Assembly (NCBI RefSeq): GCF_049240005.1 | Contig: NZ_JBMLTK010000028.1 | Span: 8,773 to 72,772, forward strand | Reading direction: 5' to 3' | Length of the DNA: 64,000 nucleotides | Source of the DNA: Flavobacterium sp. | GTDB taxonomy: Bacteria > Bacteroidota > Bacteroidia > Flavobacteriales > Flavobacteriaceae | In this document: one piece after another, positions 16,042-26,200 of the stretch | How positions within the stretch are numbered: the first letter of the stretch is position 1 | Layout: the number at the start of each line of letters is the position of its first letter | Program-made: the position numbers and the translations under genes | Notes under the pieces: generated by a model | Database searches by the model: none | Seen by the model: only the letters and a program-made list of their open reading frames with translations | Told to the model about the DNA's origin: nothing

Positions 16042-16731
16042 TTATTCTGGTGTTTCTTCGTAATTAATTTTTGCTGTTTCCCACATTAATCGTTTTATGA
16101 GATAAGGGAATTGTTTATTGTATTTTGGAAATTCCAATATTGCACCATTGCTAAACTGAATTTGTTTTCCTTTAATGGTTTTGATCATATTCAAGTTCAA
16201 GATGATACTTTTTCCAAAGCGTTCAATAAACTCCATCGATATAAAGTAAGATTCTAACTCTTTTAACTTTTTAGAGACAACCAGTTTTGAATGATCATCA
16301 AAGTAAATTTCTGAATAATTGCCACTCCCTTTTATATAAGTAATCGTATTGGGATTAATATAATCTCTAGATTGAAGGGATGGAATTTCTATTTTTTGGA
16401 CAAATAAATGAGCATTATTGATTAAGAATTTATCGAATCCAGACTTTAAGTCGTTTTTCCAGTCATGTGCATCAATATCCACAAAGTAAGCTGCATTAAT
16501 TTTCCAAGCTAGCTTGGCAACCTTTGGAGATTTTGATAAAATGAAAAGCGGCGCTTGAAATGCAAGCAGTTGCTCTCGTATCTGTTTTCGCTCTTCTTTA
16601 CTTTCATCTTGAGCATGAAAAAAAACTACGCTTTCAGGTAATATAACCTTAGTAGCATATGCTAAACCATTTAATTTATTTTTGATTTCCAAGACCTTGT
16701 GTGCCTCTATGTTTCTGAAGATAAGCTGCAT
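16042..16731 (-). CDS. LytTR-family DNA-binding regulator with a degenerate receiver-like N-domain
   Basis: The C-terminus ITYIKGSGNYSEIYFDDHSKLVVSKKLKELE fits LytTR. The N-domain is REC-sized but lacks the acidic DD pocket (it starts MQLIFRNIEA). Confidence 0.8.
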   Translation of the reverse strand: MQLIFRNIEAHKVLEIKNKLNGLAYATKVILPESVVFFHAQDESKEERKQIREQLLAFQAPLFILSKSPKVAKLAWKINAAYFVDIDAHDWKNDLKSGFDKFLINNAHLFVQKIEIPSLQSRDYINPNTITYIKGSGNYSEIYFDDHSKLVVSKKLKELESYFISMEFIERFGKSIILNLNMIKTIKGKQIQFSNGAILEFPKYNKQFPYLIKRLMWETAKINYEETPE

Positions 16732-16748
16732 GTAAGAATTGTTTTAAA

Positions 16749-16756
16749 CAAATCTA
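16749..16756 (-). promoter_or_regulatory. candidate Bacteroidota -7 promoter box (TAGATTTG on the minus strand) for the LytTR-led operon
   Basis: The plus strand reads caaatcta, 17 nt upstream of the ATG at 16731, and matches TAnnTTTG. Confidence 0.3.
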
Positions 16757-17457
16757 AAAATTTATCTTTTTCTTTCTTTATTTAAGTTGAAAAACAATGA
16801 ATTAGCTTATCAGTTCTTAATATTTGAAAGTAATTTTTTTATTTCAAAACAACTAGGGTCTAAGATTCTTTATAACTTAAAATAGTTGCTATTTTAACTT
16901 TAGTAATTGTGAAAATACTAGAGTTGTTTTGTTCCTATTCTCTTATTAAATTTAGGATAATTTAAAAATTATTAATTGAAATAAGGTCTATTGTTCTATC
17001 TTCTGCGTGTTTACCTTTATTGGATATTTTGGTAAGTCTTTGGCAAGAGTCGAAACTTTCAACTGTTTTGTGACCTTCTTGAAAAGATTTCTCAAAAGAA
17101 AATTTATGTTTTAAAAGTCGCAAAAAGGTGAGTAAAAGTTGAATGCAAAGGGACATTGTTTTTGTTAGCTGACAACTAAAAAAGACTGCCAACAGTTTGA
17201 GCGCCTTATTGTATTAATTGGCTCTGTTGATGTTTTTTCAAAATTTCTTCAAAGTATAAAAGAAGCTCTATTATAATGTAAGAATAGGGTATACATTCTG
17301 AATTTGCATCTATAAATCCGTGCTTCTAGTGAAGTACACCTTGTTGTAATGCTAAATTTAATGTGCATGTAAATTGAAAAATAGTACTTGACAGATTTTA
17401 AATTTCTGTTTTCAAATTCCTCACTTTCCAAATCAGTTCTAGCTTGCTTTCTCTGAA

Positions 17458-17916
17458 CTAAACATTCAAATCCAGTTGTCGGTTTTCGGCGGCGGCTTTT
17501 TCGTCTTTTACATGTCCGATTGCAAAGCCTATCGACATACCAAACGGAAATCCTAAACCGAGCAGGCCCATATTGTTGGCCACAGTACCAATAGCAACGC
17601 CAATCGGTATGCCAAAGGCGCTCATGCCAAAAAGTGTAAACAATACGCGGTAATGATTTTTTGGCACCCATTTGAGCTCTTTTTTTACCTGTTGCAAAAT
17701 TTGCGCCTGACTTTTAGCGATGAGTCTTAGTAACTGATTTTCGGGCAATACCGCAGCATTAATGCGTTCGATGTGCTCGTTTACAAAGGCCTCAGTGCTT
17801 TCGGGCATTGCGCGTTTACTGAGCTCGCTGAGTAATTTCTCGAAAACGGCAACCGCTTTTATTGCTTTTACACTTAGGTTTTCGCGGTTTCGGACTTGAA
17901 GAGGTTTCAATGACAT
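17458..17916 (-). CDS. hypothetical membrane protein (core-like GC)
   Basis: 152 aa. Helical N-terminal half and glycine-rich TM region GIPIGVAIGTVANNMGLLGLGFPFGMSIGFAIG. Its GC is visibly higher than both flanks. Confidence 0.6.
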   Translation of the reverse strand: MSLKPLQVRNRENLSVKAIKAVAVFEKLLSELSKRAMPESTEAFVNEHIERINAAVLPENQLLRLIAKSQAQILQQVKKELKWVPKNHYRVLFTLFGMSAFGIPIGVAIGTVANNMGLLGLGFPFGMSIGFAIGHVKDEKAAAENRQLDLNV

Positions 17917-18161
17917 GGCAATTACGGTTTAGGGTTGGGTTTGGCGTAAAGATACGAACCTGAGTTTTATTAAAAATTAACCTAAGTTCATTGATTCCAA
18001 CATATTAAGTTTAGCGTGATCTAGTTTACTTAGCCAAATGCATAAATTGCCAGTTAATTCATTTGACTTCCTTGTTGTACTCTAGTTTCTGATATAATGC
18101 CTGCCTCTAAATAGGTTATCTACTTCTTTTCTGACATCAATTTGTATTCAAATTTATATCA

Positions 18162-21100
18162 TTAAGTATTAGAATGATTTTCAACAGCGATAATAACTTC
18201 ATTTTTTTGATTATTTATTTTGGTTAATATTGTATCTAAATAGTCATCGCCAAAATGGTTTCTAATCCAATTAATTTCGCTAGTAAATGCTTTGACTTCT
18301 TTTTCACTTGAATGGAAGTCGATTTTTTTTCTGCCTAATCTACCAAGAGTTCTTACTGATAAAGTATGATACTTTTTTATGTCTTTTATTAGCATTCTAA
18401 CAAATTTTGCTAAGCTTTCTTCACTTCCTGACAGTATTTTTAAGTACACGTTTAAATTTTCAAGAGCTTTTGCTTCTAATGCAATATCACTTCTACCTAT
18501 TTTATAATTTGGCTTGAATGATTTAATTTTTTCATAATTAATCCAAAAGTCTTTTGAAAGCGGCAACTTAATTTCGTTAAATTCACACTGAGTGTTTAAT
18601 AACAAATCGTCAAAAGTTACTTCTTTGATGTTAGTATAACCTTCCTCTTCTTTTTCAATAATTTGCGCGAAAAGACTTAATCCTTTTTTTCTTAAGACAT
18701 TTAGTTGATAGTTGTCCGTTTTTTTAGCTGATTTTACTCTTGTTGGTAAATTGCTTATTTTCTTTATTAATTCTGGATATTGTGTTTCTATTTCATTATA
18801 GATATTTCTAATATGTGTTGATGTATTAATCCCGCCACTTTCATCTGGATTTTGATTTAGTTTAAAGTAGAGACCTGACGCTGTTGGTTCCTCTTCTTCA
18901 TCAAATATTTTAGCATCTTCACCTAACGAACTATGAATTAAATACATTTTTTGAGCTGCTATTTCTCTTGATTTTACTATATCAGCTCCTATTTCCGAGG
19001 GAAAAAAGTTATAAATGTGTAGTTCGTCAAATACTTTCGCTCCAATACGATTAATACGACCTACTCTTTGAATAACTCTTGTTGGATTCCAAGGAATATC
19101 GTAATTGATAATTACGCCTGCACGATTTAAATTGAACCCTTCAGATAGTTTATCACTCGTTAATAATATGTCGAAATGATTGGTTTGTCCGTCTTTTCTT
19201 TGCGCATTGAAATCTGAATTCAGACTTTTAGCCAATTCTTTTGAAACCTTACCATCACAAACTAATAATCGCATTCCGAATTTCTCACGGAAATATGGCT
19301 CTAAATGTTTAATAGTATCAACATATTCTGAAAACAATATGACTTTTCTGTTTTTGTCTTTTTCTAAAATAGATTGTATTTCATTTGCTATACGTTCTCT
19401 TTTTGGGTCGTTTTCTACAATTTTTAGTTTTTTTAGTTGGCTTTGAATTTCTTGAAAAACTAAAATATCACTTTCAATATGTTCCAAAAATTCAGTCCTT
19501 CTTTGGAAATCATTAATATCATAAACAGTATTGTTTTTTGGAACTTTTTTATTTAATAAATCTTTAGAATATTCGCTTAAAATTCTATCAATATCGTCTT
19601 CATCATATGACTTAATTTTATCAATTAAACCTCTGTCTAATATGTATTTGCCATTAGACTTTTCAATGAAATCACGTACTAAAATATGCACTTGTAAAAA
19701 ACGATCTATTGATTGACTAAATGCCCCAAATGAACTTTCGAAACGCTTTACTAATAAGCGTCTCATGAAGTCAAATAAGTTTTGCTGTTGTTGGAATTGT
19801 CTGTTGCCTTGTTCGTCTAGTTGATCCTCGTCTACAATTTTTTCATAACTGAAAGGTTGATAGATTGCTCCTTTGAATCTGCCGTTTTCTTCAAAGTATT
19901 CATTTAATATTCTGTCATAAAATGTATTTTGTTCATGTGATAAATGATAAAATAATTCAACAGGGTCTTTAACGGTAGATAAATCACCAACCTCTGCTTT
20001 ATAAACGTAATCTTCTTTTAAATCTAATCGATTTCTTCTAATTACTACAGAGGAAATTATACTCTTGATTTGATTTGCCAATAATTTAGTTTCATGTCTT
20101 ACCACATTAACGTCTATGGGTAATTCCTTAGCTAGCATGGTGCGATATAATGTTTCTGCTTTTTGACGCTTAGCCGGTTTGTTAGAATTCCAGTTTTTGA
20201 TTATGTCTGAAAGACGTTTGTATTTATAATTGAATGCTCTGAATAAACCTTCTAAGTTATCATCAATTGTGATACCTGATTTACCAGGTACAATAAATAG
20301 TTTTAATAATGAAAATATATCCGCGGGTGAATTATTGAATGGTGTAGCTGTCAATAAAATTACGGTTCTGTCTCTACAGATGGTAAGTAAAGATTCATAA
20401 TCTGCGGAATCTTGATTCCTAAAATAATGTGCTTCGTCGACAATAACAACTTTAATTCCTTTTGTTTGAATTGTATCTGCTAAATCTTCTAATTTTCCTC
20501 TACTTTCTACTTCCCAATCATACAATTTAAATTCATTAATATAACCCCACCAACCTGTATTGTATGTTTTATCACCCATTAATCCTGGAGGACAAATAAC
20601 CATTCCTCTTTTGCCTAAGTTTTTAGCTATTAGAGAGGCAATTACTGATTTCCCCAAACCTACCACATCGGCAATAATAACTCCGTTGTATTCCTCAATA
20701 ATAGATAATGCTTGGTTTACTGCATCGGTTTGATAGCTGTATTTTTTATATCCAATTTCTTCCAGAAGATTTTCTACTTCGGGTTTTATTTGTTTTTGTT
20801 GTTGTAGGTCTAAATAGGTTTTTAGAATCAAGACATAAGCTTCAAAAGGAGTTACTGAAGCTGCTTGCGATTTGTGCTGAATGAATTGTATCAAAAACTC
20901 TTTTCTGTTTTCGATTTCTGAAATTGGAATAGCTCGTTCCCAAAGTTCATCAAAATAGTTTTCAGCTTCGGTAAAACCATAATCTTTTATTTCTACATTG
21001 AATTCTTCCTGACCCGATAATCCTGCACGCGTTAAGTTACTACTACCTGTAATAAACTGCCCTATCATTGCTTGTATTTCTGCCTGTTCTTGGTTTAAAC

Positions 21101-21521
21101 GGAATAGGTATAACTTAGCGTGGTTTGAATTTTCGGTTTTACGAATGATTAATCGTTTTTCGTTTAACATTTGTAGAAAGAACTCTACTTGATTGTAGAA
21201 TGCTTCTGTGTCCATTTCTTCATTGTTAATGGCATTTCCCATAGAAGTCATGAATTGATTGAATAGGTCGTCTTGTGACTGTTCCTCTTCTTGGCTACCG
21301 TGTTCTACAATTTTATTTAAGATTTGATCTACTTGAAGTCCAACCAATAATTTTAGTGTTAGGTTTTCGTTCTTTTTTAAGTTTTCAAAAAGTTCTTGCC
21401 AACCTGAAAAGTAAAAGAACCCTACTAAAAATTTAAGCTCATCACTAATGCCGATTAATGTATTTAATCTTCCTTTTAATGATTTATTGGTTTTATTATT
21501 GGTTATGAAATTGTTTGCCAT
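18162..21521 (-). CDS. PLD-family (HKD) nuclease domain fused to an SNF2-family ATPase/helicase
   Basis: NHAKLYLF...GSSNLTRAGL (HKD motif), GLGKS (motif I), VIVDEAHYFRN (motif II), LLTATPFNN (motif III), WNPTRVIQRVGRINRIG (motif VI), then an unassigned C-terminus of ~250 aa. Confidence 0.9.
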   Translation of the reverse strand: MANNFITNNKTNKSLKGRLNTLIGISDELKFLVGFFYFSGWQELFENLKKNENLTLKLLVGLQVDQILNKIVEHGSQEEEQSQDDLFNQFMTSMGNAINNEEMDTEAFYNQVEFFLQMLNEKRLIIRKTENSNHAKLYLFRLNQEQAEIQAMIGQFITGSSNLTRAGLSGQEEFNVEIKDYGFTEAENYFDELWERAIPISEIENRKEFLIQFIQHKSQAASVTPFEAYVLILKTYLDLQQQKQIKPEVENLLEEIGYKKYSYQTDAVNQALSIIEEYNGVIIADVVGLGKSVIASLIAKNLGKRGMVICPPGLMGDKTYNTGWWGYINEFKLYDWEVESRGKLEDLADTIQTKGIKVVIVDEAHYFRNQDSADYESLLTICRDRTVILLTATPFNNSPADIFSLLKLFIVPGKSGITIDDNLEGLFRAFNYKYKRLSDIIKNWNSNKPAKRQKAETLYRTMLAKELPIDVNVVRHETKLLANQIKSIISSVVIRRNRLDLKEDYVYKAEVGDLSTVKDPVELFYHLSHEQNTFYDRILNEYFEENGRFKGAIYQPFSYEKIVDEDQLDEQGNRQFQQQQNLFDFMRRLLVKRFESSFGAFSQSIDRFLQVHILVRDFIEKSNGKYILDRGLIDKIKSYDEDDIDRILSEYSKDLLNKKVPKNNTVYDINDFQRRTEFLEHIESDILVFQEIQSQLKKLKIVENDPKRERIANEIQSILEKDKNRKVILFSEYVDTIKHLEPYFREKFGMRLLVCDGKVSKELAKSLNSDFNAQRKDGQTNHFDILLTSDKLSEGFNLNRAGVIINYDIPWNPTRVIQRVGRINRIGAKVFDELHIYNFFPSEIGADIVKSREIAAQKMYLIHSSLGEDAKIFDEEEEPTASGLYFKLNQNPDESGGINTSTHIRNIYNEIETQYPELIKKISNLPTRVKSAKKTDNYQLNVLRKKGLSLFAQIIEKEEEGYTNIKEVTFDDLLLNTQCEFNEIKLPLSKDFWINYEKIKSFKPNYKIGRSDIALEAKALENLNVYLKILSGSEESLAKFVRMLIKDIKKYHTLSVRTLGRLGRKKIDFHSSEKEVKAFTSEINWIRNHFGDDYLDTILTKINNQKNEVIIAVENHSNT

Positions 21522-21593
21522 TCTTTTAGTTACGTTTATTCACTTATCTATTTTTTAAAATATTGATATGTTTTGTTTTCTTGTGTTAGTCAA

Positions 21594-22046
21594 TTATTGT
21601 TCTTGATTGTTTAAATGAATTGTTTTAGCCTCAATTATTTTCATTTTTAATTCGATGCTAAAATCATCTTCATAAATGAATGAAGTAATTATTTCATGTA
21701 ATAAATCTCTATCTATTATGTTATCAGCAACATCAACAGCAATATATTCTATTTCTCTCATGAATCTACCAACTATGAAATCTAATTGATTGATTTCGAA
21801 AAAGTAAGCTGTTAAAACAACTGATGCTCTTTTGTTTCCATCAGAAAACGCATGATTTTTATTTAAGGCATAAAACAAATAAGCTGCTTTATCTTCTATA
21901 GTTGGATAATACCCATCATGTTGAACAAAATCTAAAACCGCTTCCAAATGTCCTTTGTCTTTTATGCCAAATAAACCACCTGATTTTTCTATTATATAGT
22001 CGTGTTCTTTGATAGCATATTCTATGTCAAAATAATTGAATTTCAT
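21594..22046 (-). CDS. Fic/Doc (death-on-curing) family protein
   Basis: HAFSDGNKRAS matches the Fic core HxFx[DE]GNGR/KR. 150 aa. A 3-nt gap separates it from the upstream RhuM gene. Confidence 0.85.
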   Translation of the reverse strand: MKFNYFDIEYAIKEHDYIIEKSGGLFGIKDKGHLEAVLDFVQHDGYYPTIEDKAAYLFYALNKNHAFSDGNKRASVVLTAYFFEINQLDFIVGRFMREIEYIAVDVADNIIDRDLLHEIITSFIYEDDFSIELKMKIIEAKTIHLNNQEQ

Positions 22047-22049
22047 ACC

Positions 22050-23051
22050 CTATCTGTCTTTTAATCTTTTGAATACATCTATGTTTTCATCAATTCTTTC
22101 TTCAAGAGTTTTGCTTTTTTCACCTAAGAACCTATCAAAGTCTGTCTTTGAAACACTATCTATATATTGTTCAAGATTTTCATGCAAAACTTGCCTGAAA
22201 CCATAATCTCTTGTAGCCATTTTTGTTCTTGCATCGTTGATTAATGGTGTAAATAATGGATGTTCTGCAAAGTTTTCAAGAAGATTATCCATTTCTGCCT
22301 TAGCCAATTTTCTATTATACTTTAACGACAATGATTTCATTTCGTGTGCTAAACCATTTTCAAAAGAAGCTATTAATTTTAAAACTTCAGCATACATGGT
22401 GTCTCTTACGTTTTCATTTGCTTCTAATTTTAAAACTCTTTTATACTCGTCTGCTTTTTCTTTAAAAACACATTGATAAATTTTATCTGTGTAGTATGAG
22501 TATTTGAAAGGACCTAAGTCTAAATATTCTTTTAAGGCATTTGTAAATTCTTTACGATAATGAGGTTCTTTTAATATTGTATTAAAAAAGTCTTCATCGC
22601 GTTGGTTGATGTATTTTGTAGAACCTCCTGTTTTTTGGTTTAAACTATCAATTACAATATCAAGCATTTTGCTTCTTAAAGCTTTTGCCATATCGCTCTC
22701 TACTAAAAGCATTCCGATGTTTAAAAACGATCTAAAATTAAACACGCCTAACTGTGGAGTTCTGCTAGACAAGTTTAGAATATGACCAAATTCTTCTTTG
22801 AATTCTTTTAATGATTTACCCTTTAATACATTATAACCGTTATGCTTTAGCTCTTTTTCATTATTTTCTAAGTAACGTTCTATTGTTACAACATCTATTT
22901 GATAAAATTCAGCAATTTGCTGTTTTGTGAATACATATTGTTCTTTAAAATACATACCCGGTATACCTACATAGTCTTGTAATTGCATTATGACTATATA
23001 GTTATTTAGAATGTTTTGACGGTCAATATTTGAAACGGTTAAATCTTTCAT
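22050..23051 (-). CDS. RhuM-family protein
   Basis: N-terminus FTKQQIAEFYQIDVVTIERYLENNEKEL and the overall length fit RhuM proteins seen in R-M loci. I chose the start MKDLTV (ATG 23051) over the tracked 23135. Confidence 0.75.
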   Translation of the reverse strand: MKDLTVSNIDRQNILNNYIVIMQLQDYVGIPGMYFKEQYVFTKQQIAEFYQIDVVTIERYLENNEKELKHNGYNVLKGKSLKEFKEEFGHILNLSSRTPQLGVFNFRSFLNIGMLLVESDMAKALRSKMLDIVIDSLNQKTGGSTKYINQRDEDFFNTILKEPHYRKEFTNALKEYLDLGPFKYSYYTDKIYQCVFKEKADEYKRVLKLEANENVRDTMYAEVLKLIASFENGLAHEMKSLSLKYNRKLAKAEMDNLLENFAEHPLFTPLINDARTKMATRDYGFRQVLHENLEQYIDSVSKTDFDRFLGEKSKTLEERIDENIDVFKRLKDR

Positions 23052-23290
23052 TTTCTGACTTTTTTGTTTTATTTTACAAGCACCTGCTACAAAACTGAGT
23101 TCTACTCTTTCACTACTTTTGTTACAACACAACAATTTTATTACTAAAAATTATTTAAAAAAACAATTATTGTTGATAACTTTTTTATGTTCTCCTCATT
23201 CATGAGGGAAACATATTGTGTTATTGTTGAAAAACCCTTATTTTACTGGTCTTTTGGTTTAGATTATTTTTAGTGATTTTATTCACAATT

Positions 23291-26200
23291 TTAATAAACA
23301 TAGCTGTTATACTCCTGCTCGCTTAACCCAAACTCTGGATCTACCACCAAAACTTCAGCATAACTAAGCTCATAAAGTTTGTAAACCATAAGGTCGATTT
23401 GGTTTTCTAATTCTGTAGTGTCGAGGTTTTGTTTTTTATTTTCTATTATTTTATTAACTTTATCTACTATTAACTTTTGGATATTTGATTCAACAATTTT
23501 TATCGGTAATTTTCTTAAAAATGTCAACTTGACTTGAGCAAAAACTTTACCACTCTCTGTTATTAAAAGCTTATAAAGAAAGTTACCAAATTTTGAATTT
23601 AAAATTGATAGGATATACTTCAATTCAAAATTTTTATCGTTCTTTATGATGGAATGAACTGAGTCAATACAATAAAATTCATCTTCTATAAATGTTGCAA
23701 TTAAATCAGCAGATGTTTGTCTCAGAAAAATTTTCGGTTCTCTAAAAAACTTATCATCTCTTTTACACCATAACCATTCTCCATATTCAATAAAATTTTC
23801 TTTCCATTTATCTTCGTATCTATGAAAATCTTTTCCTCTCATTACTGGTTTTGAATACTTTGAAATGATTGAATCATTAAAATAATTTTTCTTTTCACCT
23901 TGAACCTTAGCATAAACTGTAATTCCCTGAGTGCTATGTGTTATTGTCCCAAGATTTACAGTATTCGCAGAGTATTTTTTTAAAATTTTGTAATTATCTA
24001 TTGTTTCGAAATCAAACGAAGTTGAATCATAATCATCTTGCAAAAGTTCTGATTTTTTTAACAAATTTAAGCTGTTATTTTGTATTAAATATTTTGTGAA
24101 TTTTGTTTTAAATGATTTATTACTTTTTGATTTAATTAAAAAAGTTAGTGAACTATCCACAATAGCTGTTTCGAAAACATTCTCAATTCTTTCAGTTACT
24201 TCAATTATATTTGTTTTACTTCTAATATAATTCCTTAATTCTTGAAATTGAGTATAAACAGTAAAAGTATGTGGTGTTATGTATGAAAGGATGCCTTTGT
24301 GATTTAAATAATCTATTCCGATTTTAAAAAAGAAAATATATAAATCATAATGTTTTGATAAAACGTCTTTAAATAACTTTTGAAAAAACTCTTTATCTTT
24401 TTTATTTGAAACTTCTACATAAGGCGGATTCCCAATTACCACATCAAATTTTTCTACGCCAAACATCCAATCAGGGTCAAACCAGGCAGAGCTTTCGTTA
24501 CTAAAGGGTTTCCATGCAGCTAATTGTTGTGCGCGCTTGTTTTGTCCGCCGGATTTGAGTTCGTTTTTATAGATTTCTTGTTGCAGTTTTTCGAAGTCGG
24601 ATTTTAGTGTTCGCTTTTCAGTTGGCGAAGCTTGTAAATAGGCGTTTCTTATTTTTTGCAATTGCGTTTGCAATTGAGCCGTTTCACCAAAATCAAACTC
24701 AACAGCTTTTTCTTTGTTTTCTTGTTCTAATCCAATCAATGTGTTTGCCGTAACAAACTTAAATTCCAAATTAGGCAACGGAATAATACCTCTGTTCTCG
24801 GCAGTATCATTAATATTTTCGTCTATGATTAAAGAAAGAAAACTCCTTAGTTTAGAGATTTCTGCAGCAACGGGTTGAATATCTACACCGTAAATAGAGT
24901 GTTGGATTACGCCCAATTTTCTGGCATAATCACTTGTAGCCGACGATAACTTTTCTTCCATTATTTTACGCATAATGGCATTGTCAATTTTCTCTAATTG
25001 CTTCGCTTTCCACCAAACCGCACCTTTATCTAATTTTTTAAGTAATGCAATTATCTTGTGTAAAACTCCCATAGGGAAAGCTCCCGAGCCACAAGCTGGA
25101 TCCAGGATTTTTACATCGCTCAAAGCTTCGAGAATTGCGATGGTTTGTTTGCTGTCGAAAGGATTTTCGGTATCGTCTTTTAGTAGAATCTCTAGTTTTT
25201 CTTCTTCGTCGATATTGGTTTTGGTTTTGATGTATTGCAATAGTGATTGTTCCACCATATAATCGACAATCTCACGAGGTGTATAAAAGCTTCCTGTAGA
25301 TTTACGGGCACTTTTCTCGGTATCTGGGTCTATTTCTGCCAAAAGATTTTCGAAGATAGTTCCCAACATTTCGGGGTCTATACTTACCTCAAAATCGTTT
25401 GAACTATTTTCATCAATTGTAAAATTGTATTGTTCTAAAACTTCAAAAAAATCTTTAAACCATTGATTAGGAATATGTAGTGCAAAATTGGCTTGATGAA
25501 TTCCTTCACTGTCTTTTGGGAAAAAATCATCCGCTTGCGCTTCAAAAAGTCCGCCATTTAAGAACGGAACTAGCTCATGGTTGTTAGGTAACTGATAAGG
25601 TTTTCTTTCATCGCCCTTTTTTTTATTCAAGATCAAAAAGAACAATTTTTCAAGAATTGAATGATAGTAATCATGCCTTTCGTTATCTACACTGGCTACC
25701 ATTTTTGACGAAAGCCATTCTTCGGGGATCAACGGAAGACCATTGTCTGACTTCTTATTTTTCAGAAACCAGCAAAAAATGGTTCTGCCGATAAGTCGTA
25801 CACCAAACTCTTGGTATTCTTTTCTATAATCATTTATTGGCTTGGTAGGCAATTGTAAGCAAGGGTTAAAAGACACTTCTTTCTTATTGATGCTTACTTT
25901 ACCACCTATAAGGCTATAAAAAGCGGTTGCAATTTCTTCGTAGAATTTTTTATTTAGTTTTTCAACACTAAATGCTTCTTGTATTTCTTCTAGCGAGCTA
26001 AAATTACATCCGTTAATTCTGTTTTTGAATGTTTTGTTGGTTCTTGCTGGGTCAACAAAGTAAGTGTAACGTTTCCAGCTAGAAAATTTTTGATTTTTGT
26101 TGCCGTAATTTCTGCGAATGAACGAAAAGCGGAAACAGCCATTTTCGTCATAAAATATAAAAATGGCACCATCTTTAAAATCTGCTGAAAGTACTTTTTT

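Noticed and set aside
16962-17192. 76-aa ORF in the AT-rich spacer upstream of the LytTR operon; I considered an integrase or transposase remnant
   Set aside because: I recognised no recombinase or transposase motif. It is short and lies in a likely promoter region. It cannot be supported as a gene or a pseudogene.
17249-17671. 140-aa ORF overlapping the 17458..17916 gene in another frame
   Set aside because: It has a Cys/Arg/Trp-rich, low-plausibility sequence and overlaps a better ORF that has coherent TM segments.
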